Assembly: GCA_964373885.1 (NCBI GenBank)
Contig: CAYJWM010000002.1
Coordinates: 2,189-66,188, forward strand
Origin: an uncultured bacterium
GTDB lineage: Bacteria; Omnitrophota; Omnitrophia; Omnitrophales; Danuiimicrobiaceae
Direction of reading: 5' to 3'
Length of the DNA: 64,000 nucleotides
The translations under genes were made by a program, and so were the position numbers. How positions within the stretch are numbered: position 1 is the first letter of the stretch; every line of letters starts with the position of its first letter. Below the pieces are notes generated by a model, which was given only the letters and a program-made list of their open reading frames with translations, did not search any database and was not told the origin of the DNA. This document shows, piece after piece, positions 1 through 8,155 of this stretch.

Positions 1-128
1 GTGCAGAACTCAAGTTAGGAGAAACATCGCAAACAGCCGGAAAAATCCGAAATCGCTCGTCGAAGAGTGCTTAGCGCCAACGATACAGCTTAGACAAACT
101 TTCTGTTGCCTTGAAGCGGCGTTGACGA

Positions 129-158
129 GCACTCGATTTCTAGCTCGAAATCGAGTGC
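129..158. repeat. Perfect palindrome (12-bp stem, 6-nt loop) upstream of the first gene
   Basis: gcactcgatttc-tagctc-gaaatcgagtgc read directly. The two arms are exact reverse complements. Confidence 0.7.
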
Positions 159-176
159 GAGGAACCGAGCGAGCAC

Positions 177-214
177 GGCTGATTTTCGCTTAGGCGGACG
201 GCCTAAAATCAGCC
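177..214. repeat. Imperfect palindrome / REP-like hairpin
   Basis: The outer arms ggctgatttt and aaaatcagcc are exact reverse complements. The inner arms taggc/gcctaa pair with a 4-nt bulge. It lies 19 nt after the first hairpin. Confidence 0.55.
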
Positions 215-270
215 GCGCGCAGCGTCCGCGAGAGGCAATCAGGAAGTTTGTAAAAACAGTAGGGACGCGT

Positions 271-2046
271 ATGAAAAAGCTTTTGTGGATCGTACTGGCC
301 ATATTTTTGATCATCGTTGCGGCGCTCGTGGTGTTTGTGGTGACGTTTGATTTGAACAGAATGAAGCCGATGATTATTTCACAGATTGAAACCGCAGTGG
401 GGAACCCCGTACAGATTGACCGCTTGTCTCTCGGCTGGAAGGGCGGAATTGCCCTTTCCTTGACGGGTCTTCGCATTTATCCGGATGAAAAAGCCGGAGG
501 GGAGCCCGCCATTACAATACATCGGGTAAACGCCTTTCTTTCCTTAAAGCAGCTGCTGAAACGGCAAATTGCAATCGGGTCCATTGTTATCGATTATCCC
601 AGTCTTCATCTCCTTCGTTCCGGCGACGGCGCAGTTCATGTGATTGGGTTTAATCCTAAAAAAACTCAAAGTAAGGCGCCTGCTTCTCAAACGAATGCGT
701 TGGCGGCGATTCCTGTTTTAATTAATAAAATCCGTTTAGAGGAGGGTTCACTTCGTTTTACCGATGCCACCACTACCCCTCCTTTTGAAATTCAAATCCG
801 GCACATCGACGTTTTTCTTGATCAAGTGTTTTTCAATCAATCCGTCAAATTCGACACACGACTTGCGCTTTTAAGTGAACGGCATAATGTTTTTGTGAAT
901 GGCCGATTTCTGATACCTCTCGGAAAAAATCCGGGAGCTTTGGAAAACGTGCGGCTTAAAGTTGATTTAGGAAATATTAGCTCCGAAGAATTGGCCCGCG
1001 CAATCCCCGGTTTGGAACGGTTGGCACTCGGAGGGGAAGCCGTCATGGATTTGGATCGAGTTACTTTTGACACAAAGGGTTTCGGGAAACTAAATGCCGA
1101 CCTTCAATTAAGGGACGGCAAAATCGCATCACCTCAGCTTGCGCGCCCGATTGAGAATATCGGAGCATCGATTTCCGTTGAGAAAGACCGGCTTCTGATT
1201 AAGAATTTTTCTGCGGACCTTGCCGGAGGAAAGCTCGAAGCTTCCGGTTCTATCGGGCATATCCAAACCGCTCCGATTTCGAATTTAAGGGGGACATTGC
1301 GGGGGATTTCATTGGAATCATTACAGAGTCAGGTTGAGGAAGGGGCTCCTCGGCTCCAAGGAAAATTGGGCGGCTTCTTTGAAGCTGCCTTCTCCGGGCT
1401 TTCAGAAGCGCAAATCATCAATTCTCTTTCTGGAGAAATCGAGATGAATATTAGCGAGCCGGTCATTGTAAATTTTAATCTGGTGCGGGAAGTGTTCGGC
1501 CGTCTGGCGTTGATTCCGGGTTTGGTGAACACGCTTGAAAAACGCCTGCCGGAGCATTACGGAGAAAAATTGAGACGGCGGGACACCGCTCTGGAACCGA
1601 TTCAACTGGAGGGGAGAATGGAACCCGGCCGCCTCATTTTTGACCGCGTTCTGCTGGTTTCCGATACGTTTGTGCTGACGGGAAGAATAGCGGCCGGGAT
1701 CGACGGGTCTATATTAAGCGATGCCGTGCTTCGGCTGGACCCCGATTTGTCGGCCGCCTTTATCCGAAGCGTTGAGGAACTTCAATATTTAACGGACCGC
1801 GAGGGGCGTCTTGAGATTCCGGTGCAAATTCGAAGTGAGGATGGGCATTTCACGGCCGTGCCCGATCTTCAGTATGTGGCGGCAAAGCTGGCTGTGGCCA
1901 AAACGCAGGAAGTGATCGGGAAATGGCTTGAGAAAAAAGCGGGCCCAAAAAGCGAAGAGGAGAAGAGTGAAGCAGACGGACAAACAACCCCTCAAGGGGA
2001 TTTGATGGGGAGTTTGATCGGCGGCCTCTTGAAGGATAAACCATGA
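271..2046 (+). CDS. AsmA family outer-membrane assembly/lipid-transfer-like protein
   Basis: 591-aa ORF. It has an N-terminal signal-anchor (LLWIVLAIFLIIVAALVVFVV) followed by a long beta-rich region with AsmA-like organisation. Its stop overlaps the next start (ATGA). Confidence 0.7.
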   Translation: MKKLLWIVLAIFLIIVAALVVFVVTFDLNRMKPMIISQIETAVGNPVQIDRLSLGWKGGIALSLTGLRIYPDEKAGGEPAITIHRVNAFLSLKQLLKRQIAIGSIVIDYPSLHLLRSGDGAVHVIGFNPKKTQSKAPASQTNALAAIPVLINKIRLEEGSLRFTDATTTPPFEIQIRHIDVFLDQVFFNQSVKFDTRLALLSERHNVFVNGRFLIPLGKNPGALENVRLKVDLGNISSEELARAIPGLERLALGGEAVMDLDRVTFDTKGFGKLNADLQLRDGKIASPQLARPIENIGASISVEKDRLLIKNFSADLAGGKLEASGSIGHIQTAPISNLRGTLRGISLESLQSQVEEGAPRLQGKLGGFFEAAFSGLSEAQIINSLSGEIEMNISEPVIVNFNLVREVFGRLALIPGLVNTLEKRLPEHYGEKLRRRDTALEPIQLEGRMEPGRLIFDRVLLVSDTFVLTGRIAAGIDGSILSDAVLRLDPDLSAAFIRSVEELQYLTDREGRLEIPVQIRSEDGHFTAVPDLQYVAAKLAVAKTQEVIGKWLEKKAGPKSEEEKSEADGQTTPQGDLMGSLIGGLLKDKP

Positions 2047-2312
2047 TGGACATGATTCAAAACATAGGACTTGTGGCGGCCATAGTTCTTCCGCTTTGGA
2101 ATATCCCCCTTATCATCCGCATCATCAAACGAAAATCTTCCGACGACATCAGCATCTTTTGGGCCTTGGGGGTTTGGGTTTGTTTTGTGCTGATGGCGCC
2201 TTCCGGTTTTACGTCGAAAGACTTGGTTTGGAAAACCTTCAATGTGGTCAATTTCATACTTTTCAGTTGTGTGGTGATTACGGTACTGATTTTTCGAAAG
2301 AGGAAAATTTAG
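2043..2312 (+). CDS. Small 3-TM membrane protein, PQ-loop/SemiSWEET-like
   Basis: 89 aa with three hydrophobic helices. The loop IPLIIRIIKRKSSDDIS resembles the PQ-loop motif (PQ..K..R.S..DIS) of bacterial SemiSWEETs, but with PL in place of PQ. Confidence 0.45.
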   Translation: MMDMIQNIGLVAAIVLPLWNIPLIIRIIKRKSSDDISIFWALGVWVCFVLMAPSGFTSKDLVWKTFNVVNFILFSCVVITVLIFRKRKI

Positions 2313-2634
2313 CTGTTTTGAACTGCACGATGTTGATTTTTTAAAACACTTTGTAAGACTTGCAGATATAGGGTATTGTGAAAATTATCTGTTTTTGTGT
2401 TTAGAAAATGAACATTGGATGTTTATTTGTTTTTGGTTTTTCATTTTGAATTTTCTCTTCCTTTCCATAACTCCCCGTAATTCCGCCAGTTAGAAAAATC
2501 TGAATTTATTTTCAAAAAGGGCCATTTTTGGCATGAAATGTGTAGCTATGGACTGTCCGGGACAAAGCTGGATGAGTAGTAGGAAATATTACCAACATAC
2601 CTTTTTCACCCGTTTATCTTGGAGGAATTGAATT

Positions 2635-2823
2635 GTGAACGGACGATTAACCATTTCAGAGCTAGCCAAAATGGTCGGGGTGACCCCCAAGACAATTATT
2701 CGATGGGAAAAGTCCGGAAAGATTAAGAAGCCCAAGCGGGATTGGAAGGGCTGGCGGATCTTTCTGGAAGAAGACATCACTCATATTCAAAGCTTGGTCA
2801 GCGCTGTTTATGAGCCCAAGTGA
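2635..2823 (+). CDS. Small MerR/excisionase-type helix-turn-helix DNA-binding protein
   Basis: GTG start, 62 aa. LTISELAKMVGVTPKTIIRWEKSGKI is a typical MerR-superfamily HTH. It sits after a 320-bp AT-rich intergenic region at the head of the EPS genes. Confidence 0.6.
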   Translation: MNGRLTISELAKMVGVTPKTIIRWEKSGKIKKPKRDWKGWRIFLEEDITHIQSLVSAVYEPK

Positions 2824-2851
2824 GCTTCGAAAGCGAGGAGAAGAAATAGCT

Positions 2852-3865
2852 ATGAGAAAATTGGGTTTGATCGGTACCTTTTTGATTCTTTTTTTGCCGG
2901 CGGCGGGCCAAGCAGCTTTCGCGGAGCCGCTCGCCTATTCCGGGCGTGATGACGGTCTTTCCCCGACAGGCCAGGCGGTAAGGGCGAACCCTTCGCGCGT
3001 GGTGCCTATTTCGTACGGAACAAGTTATGACAATCAATTTGTGCCGTATTCGAGCTTCATGCAGGCTCCATCACTCAGCCAGGGGCCCCTTCAATATCAA
3101 TACGGGCGGCAGACGGTCGGCAGCATCGATCCTGCGGTCGCCGCGGGTTTAAATCCTTCCGCGAGCACTGACCCTTATCACGCCTCGGAAGTTTCTCCTT
3201 ATTCCCATTATTCTCCCTATTTGGAAATCGTCGGTGAGGGCTCCAATTACACGCTCGGCATCGATGACGTCGTGACGATTATCGTGCGCGATCAGCCGGA
3301 TTTTTCGGGGCGGTTCGTGATCGATCCGGAAGGCAATATTCAATATAACTTTGTCGGGGACATTCCGGCCGATGGGAAAACCAAAGGCGAGCTCAAGGCC
3401 GAGATTACAAAACGGCTTACCAAGTTCGTCCGCTATCCGGAAGTGGCCGTCATGATTTCCGAGTATCGAAGCAAGGCGGTCTATGTGTTCGGTTTTGTCA
3501 ACAACCCCGGCAAATACGCCATGAAAGGGGACAACATCTCGGTCAAAGAAGCGGTGGTGGCGGCGGGGCTTCCGCGCGTGGACGCTTCGCTGGATAACGT
3601 TTATGTGATACGTCCTTCAGACAAGAATCCGGATGGGAAACCGAGCAAACGCAAAGTGGATTTGAGAAAAGTGCTCAACAAAGGCGAAGCTGCGGAGAAT
3701 TTTATGCTCGAGCCCGGAGACACGGTGATTGTCAACCAACGGTATTTCGACAAATTCGTCAACAATTTGTCGAGACTTACCGGGCCCGTGTTTCAATCCG
3801 CCGCGCTTTATGAATTTGGTTTTGGAAGACGGAACGGCGGATGGTTCAGGGGTAGTGACAATTGA
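2852..3865 (+). CDS. Polysaccharide export protein (Wza/Poly_export + SLBB; PEP-CTERM-locus export type)
   Basis: Start moved to ATG 2852, which gives a signal peptide (MRKLGLIGTFLILFLPAAGQAAFA) and has GAGGAG upstream. Poly_export motif: YTLGIDDVVTIIVRDQPDFSGRFVIDPEGNIQYNFVGDIPADGKT. An SLBB-like segment follows: VYVFGFVNNPGKYAM. Confidence 0.8.
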   Translation: MRKLGLIGTFLILFLPAAGQAAFAEPLAYSGRDDGLSPTGQAVRANPSRVVPISYGTSYDNQFVPYSSFMQAPSLSQGPLQYQYGRQTVGSIDPAVAAGLNPSASTDPYHASEVSPYSHYSPYLEIVGEGSNYTLGIDDVVTIIVRDQPDFSGRFVIDPEGNIQYNFVGDIPADGKTKGELKAEITKRLTKFVRYPEVAVMISEYRSKAVYVFGFVNNPGKYAMKGDNISVKEAVVAAGLPRVDASLDNVYVIRPSDKNPDGKPSKRKVDLRKVLNKGEAAENFMLEPGDTVIVNQRYFDKFVNNLSRLTGPVFQSAALYEFGFGRRNGGWFRGSDN

Positions 3866-4018
3866 AACATTTGAAAAAAGATAAACCTTCCGCATTTTTT
3901 CATTGCTATGCCCGCGCGCTGCACTTTTGGCCTTTGATCGCGGCGGGGCGCCTGGTGGCGCGCATGGTGATGAATTTGTGGGACATGTTCGAGAGTTGAA
4001 AGGACGCAAAACGAACTT

Positions 4019-5227
4019 ATGAATTTCACCCAAGTCACTCAGACATTAAGAATTCGCGAATATTATTACATGATGCTGCGTCACAAGCTTTCATTTTTGA
4101 TTGTGACCTGCCTCTCGCTCGCCGTATCGCTCATCCTTGCGTTCACACTTCCGAAAGTTTACCGGGCGGATACCGTTTTGCTTGTCCAGGATGAGGACAT
4201 TTTAAATCCGTTGATTTCCGGTCTCGCCATCGCTCCGTCATTTTCACATCGCATCAGGACGCTGAGGGAAGAGCTGCTTTCCTGGCAGCGCCTGACGCTT
4301 CTCGTGGAAAAGCTCGGCATGGACAAAGGGATCAGGGGGCCTCTTCAGTATGAGCATTTGATTAAAAATTTGAGGGATCATATTGTCATCCGTCTTCAGG
4401 AGGCGCGCATTGTCAGCGTCGGCTTCGAGGGCCCCGATCCCCAGGAAGCTCAGAACATTGTCCAAACACTTGCAGACATCATCATTGAGGGCACGTTAAC
4501 CTCCCAAAGTGTCGAGGCCTCAAGCGCGATTAACTTTATTCAGGGACAGCTGGATGAATACCGCACCAAGCTTGAAAAGTCGGAAGTGGAATTGAGAAAG
4601 TTCAAAGAACTTTACAGCTCCACGCTTCCGGTGGCGACCCATTTAAACGAACAGCTGGTGGCACTTAAGATGATGCTCAATCAGCTCCTGATCGAAAATA
4701 CGGAAGAACACCCGCGCGTGAAACAAACCCGCCAATTGATCAAAGCCCTGGGGGAGCAGCGGGATGCGCAGTTGACTCAGGCACAGAAAGAAGGCGTGGA
4801 GATCGATCCGGCTGAATATGCGAAATTTGTCTCCAGCGTTCCGCTCCAGGAGCAGCAGCTTACGAAACTTCAAAGGGATTATGCCGTCAATGACCGGATT
4901 TACGAGTCGCTTCTTCAGCGCCTTGAAACGGCAAAAATTTCGGAAACTTTGGAAGAGTCGGACAAAGGGCCTAAATTCCGGATTTTGGAGCCGGCCCGGC
5001 TTCCGCTGGAGCCCGTCAAGCCGAAAAAAGGTCTCATTCTCCTGGGGGGGCTTGTGATCGGATTTGCCCTTGGATTCGTGCTCGTGTATTTGCTGGAGCT
5101 GAGCAACACCTCCATTCGCAGTCTCGATGAGGCCAGAGAAGTGCTGGTCCTTCCCATTTTCGGCTCCATTCCGCCAATCAATCCCGAAGAGCTGCTCTTA
5201 GAAGAAAATTTACGGAGGCAGGCGTAA
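4019..5227 (+). CDS. Polysaccharide chain-length determinant (Wzz/GumC-like, PEP-CTERM-locus type)
   Basis: 402 aa. It has an N-terminal TM, a long coiled-coil periplasmic region and a C-terminal TM (LILLGGLVIGFALGFVLVYLL). This is the Wzz architecture, and it sits directly upstream of the ATPase and tyrosine kinase. Confidence 0.75.
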   Translation: MNFTQVTQTLRIREYYYMMLRHKLSFLIVTCLSLAVSLILAFTLPKVYRADTVLLVQDEDILNPLISGLAIAPSFSHRIRTLREELLSWQRLTLLVEKLGMDKGIRGPLQYEHLIKNLRDHIVIRLQEARIVSVGFEGPDPQEAQNIVQTLADIIIEGTLTSQSVEASSAINFIQGQLDEYRTKLEKSEVELRKFKELYSSTLPVATHLNEQLVALKMMLNQLLIENTEEHPRVKQTRQLIKALGEQRDAQLTQAQKEGVEIDPAEYAKFVSSVPLQEQQLTKLQRDYAVNDRIYESLLQRLETAKISETLEESDKGPKFRILEPARLPLEPVKPKKGLILLGGLVIGFALGFVLVYLLELSNTSIRSLDEAREVLVLPIFGSIPPINPEELLLEENLRRQA

Positions 5228-6099
5228 TGTATCACGCCCATTATGGCTTTCGGGAACTCCCGTTTAATCAGACCCCCGATTCATCTTTTTTCTTTCCTTC
5301 CGAGCGCCACAAAACCGCGCTGGATGCGCTTGTGTATGCGATCAAGCAGAGAAAAGGGTTTGTTCTGGTGACGGGGGAGATCGGATCGGGGAAAACCACC
5401 GTGGCCCGCACGCTTCTCAGGAAGCTTGGCAGCCGTGCAAAAACAGCCATGATCACGAATACTTATTTGACGCCCAAGGGGATTATCACCTTGATTCTGG
5501 AAGATCTGGATGTTTCTTATCAGACCGGTTCCAAGGACCGCCTTCTGGTTCAGCTGAATGAGTTTTTGCTCGCGCAGGCCCAGCAGGACTTGGACGTGAT
5601 TGTGCTTGTGGATGAAGCCCAAAACCTCAATCCGCAGTGTCTTGAGGAAATTCGAATGCTTTCGAATCTGGAAACTGAAAAGGAAAAATTAATTCAAATC
5701 ATTTTGATCGGCCAGCCGGAACTGAGAAAAAAGATTGAAACGCCGAGACTGGAGCAGCTGCGTCAGCGAATTGCCATACACTATCATTTGGAACCGCTCA
5801 GCGAGCTCGAGACAAAGGAATATATTCTTCATCGTTTAAATCATGCCAAGGCGAACGGGCGGGATTTCAGCCGCCTTTTTGAAGCGCCTGCGTATGAGTT
5901 GGTTTATCAATATTCGCGGGGCCTGCCGCGTCTTGTGAACAAAGTCTGCGACCACGCACTTTTTACGGGCTGGCTTTACGGCGCGCAATCGATTACCGAG
6001 TCAATTGTTGCAGAAGCCGTTAACGAACTTCATTTCCGGGGGGAAAAAGGGGAAGAAACGGGAGAAAAAAAGCATGAGCAAATTTACAAAAGCGCTTGA
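5227..6099 (+). CDS. ExeA-like AAA ATPase (PEP-CTERM-locus secretion ATPase type)
   Basis: Walker A GEIGSGKTT and Walker B VLVDEAQ. The ending (LSELETKEYILHRL) is ExeA/GspA-like. Confidence 0.75.
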   Translation: MYHAHYGFRELPFNQTPDSSFFFPSERHKTALDALVYAIKQRKGFVLVTGEIGSGKTTVARTLLRKLGSRAKTAMITNTYLTPKGIITLILEDLDVSYQTGSKDRLLVQLNEFLLAQAQQDLDVIVLVDEAQNLNPQCLEEIRMLSNLETEKEKLIQIILIGQPELRKKIETPRLEQLRQRIAIHYHLEPLSELETKEYILHRLNHAKANGRDFSRLFEAPAYELVYQYSRGLPRLVNKVCDHALFTGWLYGAQSITESIVAEAVNELHFRGEKGEETGEKKHEQIYKSA

Positions 6100-7120
6100 G
6101 AAAATTCAAAGCGACAAACAGGAAAAAGCAAAAGAAGCGGTAAAAGCCAAGACAAACGGTTTTGAAATTCCTCAAGACCAAGAAAAAACCAAGACGTTGA
6201 ATTGGGAGCGCGGGATTCGCCAATTGCGCCACACCAATCCCGACACCCGGATGGTCACCTATCATTTTCCCAATGGTCTTTTGGCCGAGCAATACCGAAT
6301 GCTCAGGACAAATTTAAAAAATCAATTGGGAGAAAAGGGCTCGAAGGTGATTTTGTTGTCCAGCTCGATTCACGGGGAAGGGAAAACCATAACGGCGGCC
6401 AATTTGGCGATGACCTTGGCTGAGATGGAGAATACAAAAGTAGCTCTTGTGGACGCCGATTTGAGGCGGGGGAAAGTGGGTGAGTATCTTGGTTTTGAGA
6501 AGGAGCTTCCCGGGCTTTCCAATTTTCTTTCCAACGGGGTAAGTGCGAAAGAAGTCATGGTGCGCAATTCCATTGAAAATCTGATCGTGATCCCGCGCGG
6601 CGAAATCGTGAAAAATCCGTCCGAGCTTGTCAGCTCTCAGAAATTCCGGCTTCTCATCGCCGAGCTTCGCAGCCGCTTTGATTACGTGATCATCGACTCG
6701 CCGCCGATTATGTCTGTTGCCGACGCCGGTATTTTGGGCCGGGAAGCGGACGGGCTTTTGATGGTGATTCAATCCGGCAGGACCCCGAAAAGCGTGATTT
6801 CTCATGCCCACCTTTTGTTTAGCCAAGCGGGGCTTAAAATGCTCGGCTATGTGCTGACGAATGTGGAGTTTCAGTCCGCGGATTACCGGTACCATTACCA
6901 TTATTACAACGATTACGATGAACAGAGCGGCATTCCCAACCGGAGCACGTTTGTCGGCCGCGTGAAATTTTATTTCAAAAAATGCGGGTTTAATTTCGAA
7001 CGCACCGAACAGCAGTTCAACCAATGGTGGGAAAAAAAGTTTTTAAAACGCCACGACGCTTTTGTGGAAGACGACCTCATCCGCCGTCAGAAGCGATCCT
7101 CTGAGCATCGGGACGTTTAA
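6074..7120 (+). CDS. BY-family tyrosine autokinase (CpsD/CapB-like)
   Basis: Start moved to ATG 6074 (MSKFTKALEKIQ). Walker A GEGKT, Walker A' VALVDADLRRG, Walker B DYVIIDSPP. Tyr cluster: ADYRYHYHYYNDYDE. Confidence 0.8.
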   Translation: MSKFTKALEKIQSDKQEKAKEAVKAKTNGFEIPQDQEKTKTLNWERGIRQLRHTNPDTRMVTYHFPNGLLAEQYRMLRTNLKNQLGEKGSKVILLSSSIHGEGKTITAANLAMTLAEMENTKVALVDADLRRGKVGEYLGFEKELPGLSNFLSNGVSAKEVMVRNSIENLIVIPRGEIVKNPSELVSSQKFRLLIAELRSRFDYVIIDSPPIMSVADAGILGREADGLLMVIQSGRTPKSVISHAHLLFSQAGLKMLGYVLTNVEFQSADYRYHYHYYNDYDEQSGIPNRSTFVGRVKFYFKKCGFNFERTEQQFNQWWEKKFLKRHDAFVEDDLIRRQKRSSEHRDV

Positions 7121-7143
7121 TTTTTTAGGAGGTTTTGGAATTT

Positions 7144-8094
7144 ATGGCTAAATGTTTGGTCACAGGCGGGGCGGGTTTTATCGGATCCCATGTGGCGGAC
7201 GCTCTGATCGCCCGCGGGGATCGGGTGCGTGTTTTAGACAATCTCTCGACCGGGAGAAAAGAAAATCTCAGCCGTCACGCTTCGGAAATAGAGCTTTTGG
7301 CGGAAGACCTCCGGGACAAAGAAGCGGTCCGCAAAGCGGTCAAGGGAATCGATTGTGTGTTTCATATCGCAGCGCTTCGTGCGGTGCTGCGTTCCGTGGA
7401 TGATCCCCGCGAAACCAACGACGTGAATGTGAGCGGTACATTAAATCTTCTTCTGGCGGCAAGAGAGGCGGGTGTGAAGCGGGTCATTTTCTCTTCTTCC
7501 TCTTCCGTGTACGGGGACACGGACATTTTTCCTTCCCGCGAAGACGCCCTGCCGCGTCCCGAGTCGCCTTATGCGGCGTCCAAAATCATGGGCGAATATT
7601 ACTGCCGGATTTTTTCACGGTTGTACGGGCTTGAGACGGTTTGTCTCCGGTATTTCAATGTGTTTGGGCCGCGGCAGAACCCGGAGTCCAAGTATTCGGC
7701 GGTGATTCCCATTTTTATCGATTTGTTGCTCAAGGGTGTTTCCCCCGAAATACACTGGGACGGAAAGCAATCACGGGATTTTACATACATCGAAAACGTG
7801 GTCAGTGGAAATTTACTGGCCGCGGAAGCAAAGGGAGTTTCCGGCGAGGTGTTTAATATCGCTTGTCACGAAGAGTTCTCCGTTCTGGAGATTTTTAATC
7901 AATTAAAAGACATTTTGAACAGTGAGAGAGTTAAACCGGTATTCAAGCCGAAGCGGGCCGGAGACGTCCGCCGGTCGTTTGCGGATATCACCAAAGCCCA
8001 GCGATTGCTTGGCTACAAGACAAAAGTGAATTTTCGCGAAGGCCTTAAAGAAACAGTCAAATGGTTTTGCCCTGAACTCTTACCTGCCCGATAA
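7144..8094 (+). CDS. NAD-dependent sugar-nucleotide epimerase (extended SDR; WbpP/TviC-like)
   Basis: GGAGFIGSH Rossmann motif and YAASK catalytic motif. 317 aa from ATG 7144; the ORF-track start at 7135 is TTG. Confidence 0.8.
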   Translation: MAKCLVTGGAGFIGSHVADALIARGDRVRVLDNLSTGRKENLSRHASEIELLAEDLRDKEAVRKAVKGIDCVFHIAALRAVLRSVDDPRETNDVNVSGTLNLLLAAREAGVKRVIFSSSSSVYGDTDIFPSREDALPRPESPYAASKIMGEYYCRIFSRLYGLETVCLRYFNVFGPRQNPESKYSAVIPIFIDLLLKGVSPEIHWDGKQSRDFTYIENVVSGNLLAAEAKGVSGEVFNIACHEEFSVLEIFNQLKDILNSERVKPVFKPKRAGDVRRSFADITKAQRLLGYKTKVNFREGLKETVKWFCPELLPAR

Positions 8095-8104
8095 GGGCAG
8101 GGTA
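8081..8104. repeat. cctgccc hairpin overlapping the epimerase stop codon
   Basis: tacctgccc-gataa-gggcagggta, with the TAA stop in the loop. No U-tract follows, so it is not a canonical terminator. The stem sequence matches the repeats at 20783 and 31884. Confidence 0.55.
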
Positions 8105-8155
8105 ACGTGGCGGTCACTTGCAGTAAAATTCCTTGGGCTCAATGGAGAATCATTC

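Noticed and set aside
90-476. 128-aa minus-strand ORF spanning the window's first intergenic region and the AsmA start.
   Set aside because: It overlaps the well-supported AsmA signal-anchor on the opposite strand. Its 3' half is made of the two palindromic repeats (129-214), so it is a by-product of repeat symmetry.
2529-2544. TGGCAT-gaaat-GTGTA, a sigma-54-like -24 element upstream of the MerR-like gene.
   Set aside because: The -12 position reads GT rather than the required GC at the canonical spacing, so only half of the motif is present.
7152-7403. Alternative-frame plus-strand ORFs inside supported genes, such as 7152-7403, 8638-8910, 25324-25641, 29838-30269 and 51312-51824.
   Set aside because: They are Arg/Gly/Pro-rich out-of-frame translations of moderately GC-rich coding sequence. 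They carry no motifs and always overlap a better-supported frame.
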